DNA of 64,000 nt from Chloroflexota bacterium (lineage in GTDB: Bacteria > Bacteroidota > Ignavibacteria > Kapaibacteriales > UBA2268): the NCBI GenBank assembly GCA_050260015.1, contig JBLNBN010000046.1, positions 4,699 to 68,698 of the forward strand, given 5' to 3'. The position numbers and the translations under genes are program-made. Positions 57,671 to 64,000 of this stretch are shown here, in pieces (the first letter of the stretch is position 1; each line of letters opens with the position of its first letter). The notes beneath the pieces were generated by a model. That model saw only the letters and a list, made by a program, of their open reading frames with translations, was not told the DNA's origin and did not search any database.

Positions 57671-59134
57671 ATGTCAACGACGGAAGTAAACGGCAAATAC
57701 GAAGCGGTAATCGGCTTGGAAGTGCACGCGCAATTGCTTACAAAATCGAAAGCTTTTTGCGGCTGCTCGGCCGAGTACGGGAATAATCCAAATACGAACA
57801 CGTGCCCCGTCTGCCTCGGGCATCCCGGCGCGCTTCCCGTCCTGAACCGTTCGCTCGTCGAGAGCATCGTAAAGATGGGTTTGGCGACGAATTGCCATAT
57901 TCGCCCCCGCTCCACCTTCGCCCGCAAGAATTACTTCTATCCCGACCTTCCGAAGGGCTACCAGATCTCGCAGTTCGAGGATCCAATCTGCTACGGCGGC
58001 GCGCTTGAAGTCGAAACCGAGGCTGGCCCGAAGACGATCGGCATTACGCGCATCCACATGGAGGAAGACGCGGGGAAATCCATACACGACCTGGACATCG
58101 ACACCCTGATAGACCTGAACCGCTGCGGCGTTCCGCTTATCGAGATCGTCAGCGAGCCGGACATGCGCACGGCCGCCGAAGCTTATAAGTATTTAATGCA
58201 AATAAAGCAAATAGTGATGTACCTGCGCATCTGCACGGGCAATATGGAGGAGGGCGCGCTGCGCTGCGACGCGAACGTCTCCGTAAGATTGCGCGGCGCG
58301 GAAAAATTCGGCACAAAGGCGGAAGTAAAGAATTTAAATAGTTTCCGCAACGTAGAGAAAGCGATCGAGTACGAAATCGCGCGACAGATTGAATTAATAG
58401 AGAGCGGCGAGAAGGTAAGCCACGAAACGCGCATGTGGGACGGCCAGAAGCAGATCACCCGCCCTATGCGCTCGAAGGAAATGGCGCACGACTACCGCTA
58501 CTTCCCCGAGCCCGATCTCGTGGCGGTCGACGTCCGCGCCGATTGGCTGGACGACTTGCGACTCGGGCTGCCGGAACTGCCGCAGGCGCGCAAGAAGAGA
58601 TTTATAAAGGACTACTCCCTACCGGCGTACGACGCGGGCGTGCTCGTCGAGAGCCGCGAGCTTGCCGACTACTTCGAGCGTTGCGCCGCAGCTCTCGAGG
58701 TTAAGGACGAGAAGAGATACAAGCTGACGAGCAATTGGGTCATGACTGAAGTTCTGCGACTGCTCTCCGAACGCAATATCTGCGCCGACGAATTGGACCT
58801 TAAGCCAGCGCACGTAGCCGAGCTCGTCGAGCTTTTCGCCGAGGAAGCTATCTCGAGCCGCATAGCTAAGGATATATTCCCCGAAGTCCTCGAGAAGGGA
58901 ACGTCGCCGCGCGAGATAGTCGAAAGCCGCGGGCTGCGCCAGGTCTCCGATACCGGAGCTATCGAGGCGGCCGTAATCAAGATAATAGAAGCCAACCAGG
59001 ACAGCGTCGAGAAGTATCGCTCGGGGCGCACGAACGTGCTCGGGTTCTTCGTCGGCCAGGTCATGAAGGCGACCGGCGGCAAGGCGAACCCGAAAATAGT
59101 TACGGATTTGGTTAAATCTAAGCTCGAGGCGTAG
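57671..59134 (+). CDS. gatB: Asp-tRNA(Asn)/Glu-tRNA(Gln) amidotransferase subunit B
   Basis: 487 aa. YEAVIGLEVHAQL...CGC...CPVCLGHPGALPVLN N-terminus. Confidence 0.9.
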   Translation: MSTTEVNGKYEAVIGLEVHAQLLTKSKAFCGCSAEYGNNPNTNTCPVCLGHPGALPVLNRSLVESIVKMGLATNCHIRPRSTFARKNYFYPDLPKGYQISQFEDPICYGGALEVETEAGPKTIGITRIHMEEDAGKSIHDLDIDTLIDLNRCGVPLIEIVSEPDMRTAAEAYKYLMQIKQIVMYLRICTGNMEEGALRCDANVSVRLRGAEKFGTKAEVKNLNSFRNVEKAIEYEIARQIELIESGEKVSHETRMWDGQKQITRPMRSKEMAHDYRYFPEPDLVAVDVRADWLDDLRLGLPELPQARKKRFIKDYSLPAYDAGVLVESRELADYFERCAAALEVKDEKRYKLTSNWVMTEVLRLLSERNICADELDLKPAHVAELVELFAEEAISSRIAKDIFPEVLEKGTSPREIVESRGLRQVSDTGAIEAAVIKIIEANQDSVEKYRSGRTNVLGFFVGQVMKATGGKANPKIVTDLVKSKLEA

Positions 59135-59792
59135 CGATTATTCTATAGGTTTCAATGTCGTGAAGAATGCAGAATCTCTCCTTATTCGTAACGGGGAGAT
59201 TCCAGTCTTCCGGCTGCGAGACGACCTGCCAATCGAATAGCTGCGAACTCTCGAGCACGGCCAAGTGATGCTCGTGCACGTAATCGACGTCCGTGGCAAG
59301 GTAGAGCCTGCCGCCTGGCACGAGAACGCGGGAGAGGTCCTTCAGGAAGGGTTCCTGGAAAGCTCTACGGCGTAAGTGCCTCGTTTTGGGCCACGGATCG
59401 GGGAAGAGGTAATAAGCGGCCCGAATACTTCTTTCACCGATAAAATCAAGTCCGTTGACGACAGTATACCACAGCGCGCCGCAATTATCGATGGACTCGC
59501 CGCGCGCGACGCCGTTTATCCAATCGACGAGGGCGTGGCGTATCTCGATGCCGAGTATATTAATTCCGGGCCTCTTCAAAGCTAATTCAATTAAGAAGCT
59601 TCCTTTTCCGCATCCTATGTCTAATTCGTCGGGCCGGCGGCCGTTGCCGAAAACGTCCGCCCAGTTAATGTCCTTTATGATCGGCGGGTAATGCTCGGGT
59701 ATTGTCCGCAATTCGCTTGCGGGCATATAGAGGTTCGAAGAAGTGTGGTGTCGCACCTTCTTCGGCAGTGGGTATTTTGCGTAATCAATCAT
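59118..59792 (-). CDS. trmB: tRNA (guanine-N7)-methyltransferase TrmB
   Basis: 224 aa. LDIGCGKG SAM motif and FPDPWPK motif. 3' end overlaps gatB convergently. Confidence 0.85.
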   Translation of the reverse strand: MIDYAKYPLPKKVRHHTSSNLYMPASELRTIPEHYPPIIKDINWADVFGNGRRPDELDIGCGKGSFLIELALKRPGINILGIEIRHALVDWINGVARGESIDNCGALWYTVVNGLDFIGERSIRAAYYLFPDPWPKTRHLRRRAFQEPFLKDLSRVLVPGGRLYLATDVDYVHEHHLAVLESSQLFDWQVVSQPEDWNLPVTNKERFCILHDIETYRIIATPRA

Positions 59793-59809
59793 TACGCAAA
59801 TTACGAAAA

Positions 59810-60544
59810 TTATCTTTTCCCCTGGGTTATTTCTCCTGAACCATGAACCGTCGTTTTAATCGAGCGCGGCGCGCCGTAGTATAGAATATCGCCCGCGCCG
59901 TGGATAGCCGCGCGAAGCGAGCTGTCCGCCCAAACGGCCATATCGCCCGAGCCGGCGATGGTCGCGTCGCAATAGCTTGAGCGTAACTTATCCGCGTGAA
60001 TGTCGCCGGAGCCGTCTATTTCGAATTCCGAGTTATACGCTACGCCGCCAAAGAATAGATCGCCGCTGCCGGCTACCCTGGCTTTTAGCGTTTGCGTCGT
60101 CAAATCCTCGAAGCGGACGTCGCCGCTGCCGTTAATGGAGATGTCGAAATATTTGAAATCTATTTTGCCTATCCCGTTTACGTCCGCGCTTCCGTTCACC
60201 GTTATGCCCGTTAAGTTAGGCGAAGAAATGTAAAGATTTATCTTGGTGGGGCAGATCGCGCCTTTAGTTTTGATCCTTATGCTTTCGCCCATGCTTTCAA
60301 GCTTTATGTGCTCGACGATATTATCGTCGGTCTCAAGGATAATGCCCCGAACGGAGTCCTGCCGGATAAAGACCCCGTACGCTCCGTCGAGGGTGATATT
60401 CTGAAAATTCGAAACTTCAAGTTTGACTTTTTTGATCGTTCCGGAACCCTCTTTGCAGGGAATTCCATGGAAGCCGTTCATACAACCGCCCACGGCGGCG
60501 GTTAAAGAAAAAATGCAAGCGAGTAAAACTAACTTCATTTTCAT
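59810..60544 (-). CDS. DUF2807 / head-GIN-domain lipoprotein (putative autotransporter-adhesin-like beta-helix)
   Basis: 244 aa. Lipobox. Repeated GSGD[IVLM] beta-helix-like motifs. Confidence 0.6.
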   Translation of the reverse strand: MKMKLVLLACIFSLTAAVGGCMNGFHGIPCKEGSGTIKKVKLEVSNFQNITLDGAYGVFIRQDSVRGIILETDDNIVEHIKLESMGESIRIKTKGAICPTKINLYISSPNLTGITVNGSADVNGIGKIDFKYFDISINGSGDVRFEDLTTQTLKARVAGSGDLFFGGVAYNSEFEIDGSGDIHADKLRSSYCDATIAGSGDMAVWADSSLRAAIHGAGDILYYGAPRSIKTTVHGSGEITQGKR

Positions 60545-60610
60545 AATCGTCTCCTTTTATTAATACATAAATTTACGTAATTATTCGACAAATTGTTACA
60601 AGGATAAAAT

Positions 60611-61372
60611 ATGAATAATCGTTTCAGCTTACAGGGCAAACGCGCGCTTATTACGGGCGGCACGAAGGGAATCGGCAGGGCGATAGCCGAGGAATTCATT
60701 TCGCTGGGGGCGGAAGTTTTTATCGCATCTCGTTCGCAAAAGGACGTAGCGCAGGTCTTGCTTGAATGGCATAATCCGCACGTTGGCGGCGCCGGGTGCG
60801 ACGTCACGAAGCCGAACGATCGCGCCGCGCTGCTCGAGAATATTAGGGCCAATTGGGGGGCGCTCGATATTTTAGTCAATAATGCTGGGACGAATATACG
60901 ACGCACCACGCCTGACTATACGCAGGAAGAGATCGACTACCTGGTGAACGCTAATATGCTCGCGGCATTTAATTTAACTCGCGAAGCTCTCGATCTTCTG
61001 AAAGCCGGGCGGGAGCCTTCGGTAATTAATATAGGCTCTATCTCCGGGGCGCAGGTCGTGCGCAGCGGCGCGCCCTACGCTATGGCCAAGGCCGGCTTAA
61101 GGCAGATGACGCGCTACCTCGCCGTCGAATGGGCTTCGCTTGGCATCCGCGTAAATTCAGTCGAGCCCTGGTACATAGAAACGCCTCTAACGGAAGCCGT
61201 CCTGCAGGACGAAGCGCGCTATTCGAAGATAATCGAGCGCACGCCGATGGGCCGGGTCGGGCAGCCGAAGGAAATCGCCGGCGTAGTCGCCTTCCTCGCT
61301 ATGCCCGCCGCCAGCTTCGTCACGGGCGAGAGCGTCACCGCCGACGGCGGCGCGGCGAAACTTCTGCTTTAA
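60611..61372 (+). CDS. SDR-family NAD(P)-dependent oxidoreductase
   Basis: 253 aa. [10 protein letters not shown] cofactor motif, NNAG, and YAMAKAG active site. Confidence 0.85.
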   Translation: MNNRFSLQGKRALITGGTKGIGRAIAEEFISLGAEVFIASRSQKDVAQVLLEWHNPHVGGAGCDVTKPNDRAALLENIRANWGALDILVNNAGTNIRRTTPDYTQEEIDYLVNANMLAAFNLTREALDLLKAGREPSVINIGSISGAQVVRSGAPYAMAKAGLRQMTRYLAVEWASLGIRVNSVEPWYIETPLTEAVLQDEARYSKIIERTPMGRVGQPKEIAGVVAFLAMPAASFVTGESVTADGGAAKLLL

Positions 61373-61391
61373 AGCGATGAGATAGAAATAT

Positions 61392-61425
61392 AAAAAGGCA
61401 AGCCGCGCGGCTTGCCTTTGTTTTT
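61392..61425. terminator. Bidirectional terminator (AAAAA-GGCAAGCC-GCGC-GGCTTGCC-TTTGTTTTT)
   Basis: Perfect palindrome between the convergent SDR and lipoprotein genes. Confidence 0.7.
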
Positions 61426-61463
61426 GGGAATTCATGAATTTTCTTACGTCATAGTCCCCGCGA

Positions 61464-62096
61464 CTACTCCGTAAAGAGCTTCGTGCCGTTCTTCTGAACC
61501 GAATAGCGGAACGAATATGTTTTATCCTTCCATGTTTCAGGTTCGCCGGTAAGGTTCGGCCAACCCTTATAGTATCCTAATATCTCCATTTTTGCCCATA
61601 GTCCGTTGGCGGTTTTGAGCACGATAACTACGCCGGGATTGGGCGCGATCGTATGGTTCTCCGGATTGTAGACGTACCAGCCGTTGCCGCTGCCCGTCGG
61701 GATCGCAAGGTTCGTCGCCGAGCTGTCCGCGCGGTAATTTAGATCGTCGGGAGCCTTCTTTATTTGAAGGTAGTCGGAGTTCTTCAGTAAGGCGGCGACT
61801 CCCGCGCCGGGGCCGCTAGCGCCGCCGTTTATCAAGATTTTCGTGCGGGTAAAAGCTACGTCCCAGTTCGTCGTGTTCCATTGCTCGGCCGGTATTACTT
61901 TGTTCTCGCGCAAGCTGTAGTACTTTATGGTATCGGCCGTGCCCGCGACGAAGGTTTCGAGTTCCTTCACGGAATCTATCTTAATGTGATTGCCCGTCGG
62001 ATTCGGATTGGGTTCGGTCACTTTATCTTCGGAGCAACCAGCCCAAAAGAGCGATGTGAGAACGGCCGCGAATGCCAGAAATTTCTTGTAATTCAT
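61464..62096 (-). CDS. Lipoprotein, possibly HmuY-like haem-binding family, downstream of a TonB-dependent receptor
   Basis: 210 aa. Lipobox FWAGCS. Size and pairing with a TonB-dependent receptor resemble hmuY/hmuR. Family assignment is weak. Confidence 0.35.
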   Translation of the reverse strand: MNYKKFLAFAAVLTSLFWAGCSEDKVTEPNPNPTGNHIKIDSVKELETFVAGTADTIKYYSLRENKVIPAEQWNTTNWDVAFTRTKILINGGASGPGAGVAALLKNSDYLQIKKAPDDLNYRADSSATNLAIPTGSGNGWYVYNPENHTIAPNPGVVIVLKTANGLWAKMEILGYYKGWPNLTGEPETWKDKTYSFRYSVQKNGTKLFTE

Positions 62097-62162
62097 TCTG
62101 TTTTCCTTTTGGATAATGATTGGTGATGTTTATAATTTATAATGGGTTACAGATTTATTCGC

Positions 62163-64000
62163 CTACTCGGCATAGTCAAATATATACGATAATTTTGCGA
62201 AGTATGTTCTGCCGGAGCTGTAAGTCATTGCGCGCCTGTTCACATAGTCGGTTAGGTTGTCGACGCCAATTTGCACGTTAAACCTGTTTGCAAAATCCTT
62301 AGCAGCGGACAAATTCCACATAGCGTAACCGGGAGCGTACTCGGATTCGTCGTCGAGTATTTCGTTCCCGTTCTTGTCGTAAATGCCGTACCGCGTTCTG
62401 AAAGTTCCGCGCAGCGAGGCCGTAAATCCGCTCTCCTTGTCGCTAACGGATATCTTCAGAGAGCCGCTGTGATTCGAGCGATTGAACAAACCGCCGTACT
62501 CGACCATTTGTACCGGGCGCGCGCCGTATTTCCCTTTCTTGTATATTTCTTTGTTCTCAATTCTCTTCTCTGCGTTGAAATCGCCTGTTTGAAGGAATTG
62601 ATAATTCGTCGAGACAGAGAGCCAGGCATAAGGCTTGTATGAAGCCGATAGCTCGAAGCCCTGCGTATAAATTTTTGAGAGATTGACGTAGGAATTCACG
62701 TAGCTGCCGTTTTTGTTCCTGGCAACGCGCATGAATTCGATCATGTCTTTTATCTGGTTGTAAAAGGCCGAAGCGTTCACGTCCAGGACGCCGAATAATT
62801 CCGCAGAAAACCCCGCGCTATAGGAAATGCTATGTTCTGGAAGAAGGGCTTTAAGCCTATCCGGCGCGACTATTATTTCGCTGATTACGCTGTCGCGGAT
62901 AAGCGCTTCAAGTCCTTCAGTAAAGTTGCTCGACCCGAAAACGGAGTATCCGGCTATAGGATTGTTCCAGTTCAGGTAGAGTTCTTCGAAGGTAGGAGCC
63001 TTAAAGCCGGTCCCAACGGAGCTTCTTAAGGTGAAATCGTCGAATAGCTTGTAGGAAGCCGCGAGCTTAGGGCTGAACTTCGACGCGTAGTCGCTATGCG
63101 AATCGTATCGCGCGCTTGCGATCGTGTTTAGCTTTTTCGTTGGGAACCAATCTGCCTGGAAAAATCCGTAAAAAAGATCCGCGAATCTCTTGCCGCCGGC
63201 GATTATCTCGGTTTTGGCTCCCTCGCGGTTCCAACCGGCTCCGCCGGTTAGAAGCAAGCTGCGACTAACCATGTAATTGGACTGCGCTTCCACTTTCTGT
63301 AAGTTTTCGTAGTATTCATAATTGTAGTAAGCCGTGTCGGCGTCGGCATAGGAATAATATGTTGATATGTCGTTTATCCCGCCATAAACCCGGAGTTCCG
63401 CGTTGACGTCCTCGTTTAGCTGGCTTTTTAGGGTCAATCCGCCTCCGCCAACCAGCATAGCGCTGTTATCCTGCGAAGCGGGCTTTGCGGAGTCAAGCGA
63501 GGGATAGGAATTAAACTGTCCCTGCGAGTTTATTCTGCCATGTAGCTTGAGCGTAGTTTCTTCGGCGAATTTATACGTTGCGGAGAGGTTGGAAGTAAAG
63601 TTGTCGAACTTAGGCACGGCGTTGCCTACGCTATTAGGGTCGATTTTATACCCGTCGCTGGAAAGCCTGTTAAAGTCGAGAGAAAGCCCGAAGTCGTTTA
63701 ATGCGTTGTAGTGCGAGGCGGCTCCGGCAAGCTCTAGCGTATTGTGGCTGCCGTAGCGGGCGGAGAGATTTAGCTTAAAGGGCGATTCAGGTTCGTCGGT
63801 GATTAAATTGATAACGCCCGCCAATGCATTGCTGCCATAGAGCGAGGAGGCGGGCCCCTTTACGATTTCAATCCTTTTTAAGTTGGAAATTCCAATCCTA
63901 TCCAGATCGCCGGAGCCGGTAGCGCTTCCGCCAATAGGTTCCCCGTTGATTAAAATTACCGCGTATTGCGGGTCCAGCCCTTGTATCTGCACGCCCTTAC
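62163..64000 (-). CDS. TonB-dependent outer-membrane receptor (partial; N-terminus lies beyond the window end)
   Basis: Plug-domain motifs (IEIVKGPASSLYGSNALAGVINLIT) and a long beta-barrel. The ORF runs off the window edge. Confidence 0.8.
   Translation of the reverse strand, partial: KGVQIQGLDPQYAVILINGEPIGGSATGSGDLDRIGISNLKRIEIVKGPASSLYGSNALAGVINLITDEPESPFKLNLSARYGSHNTLELAGAASHYNALNDFGLSLDFNRLSSDGYKIDPNSVGNAVPKFDNFTSNLSATYKFAEETTLKLHGRINSQGQFNSYPSLDSAKPASQDNSAMLVGGGGLTLKSQLNEDVNAELRVYGGINDISTYYSYADADTAYYNYEYYENLQKVEAQSNYMVSRSLLLTGGAGWNREGAKTEIIAGGKRFADLFYGFFQADWFPTKKLNTIASARYDSHSDYASKFSPKLAASYKLFDDFTLRSSVGTGFKAPTFEELYLNWNNPIAGYSVFGSSNFTEGLEALIRDSVISEIIVAPDRLKALLPEHSISYSAGFSAELFGVLDVNASAFYNQIKDMIEFMRVARNKNGSYVNSYVNLSKIYTQGFELSASYKPYAWLSVSTNYQFLQTGDFNAEKRIENKEIYKKGKYGARPVQMVEYGGLFNRSNHSGSLKISVSDKESGFTASLRGTFRTRYGIYDKNGNEILDDESEYAPGYAMWNLSAAKDFANRFNVQIGVDNLTDYVNRRAMTYSSGRTYFAKLSYIFDYAE

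Overview
This is a GC-rich (roughly 55-60%) bacterial chromosomal segment, apparently from an FCB-group organism (Bacteroidota, Ignavibacteriota or Rhodothermota-like). The evidence is a full type IX secretion signature (a ~2300-aa SprA-like translocon plus four cargo genes ending in Por/T9SS C-terminal sorting domains), weak Shine-Dalgarno usage and Bacteroidetes-style AT-rich promoter regions. Most of the window is housekeeping: rfaE1/rfaE2 and an rmlD-like gene, mnmE and mnmG, purK and purE-adk-purN, miaB, coaD, hrcA, hcp, gatB, trmB, tsaC, two tRNAs, two acyl-CoA carboxylase-type gene sets and a nucleoside transporter. Envelope and signalling genes include TonB-dependent receptors, a poly-HAMP chemoreceptor and an orphan sensor kinase. 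The clearly accessory part lies between purN and hcp (about 49.3-54.9 kb). It holds arrays of REP-like hairpin repeats in both orientations around a low-GC REP-associated tyrosine transposase (RAYT, IS200-like) gene that carries an in-frame TAG. It also holds a REP-flanked lipoprotein gene and a tandem 146-bp BIME-like array. The last part is a distinctly low-GC two-gene module: a T9SS-secreted M64 (IgA-peptidase-like) metalloprotease plus a lipoprotein. Other points of interest are a 14-nt perfect palindrome (GTTCCACGTGGAAC) present twice at identical spacing just upstream of the mnmG and rmlD start codons, a T9SS-targeted PPAD-like (agmatine deiminase fold) enzyme, two tandem paralogous T9SS cargo genes (Omp28/thioredoxin-like CxxC head; choice-of-anchor-D-like repeats), and an MCP with about five canonical HAMP domains alternating with divergent helical linkers. 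No CRISPR array, intact integrase or phage genes were seen.
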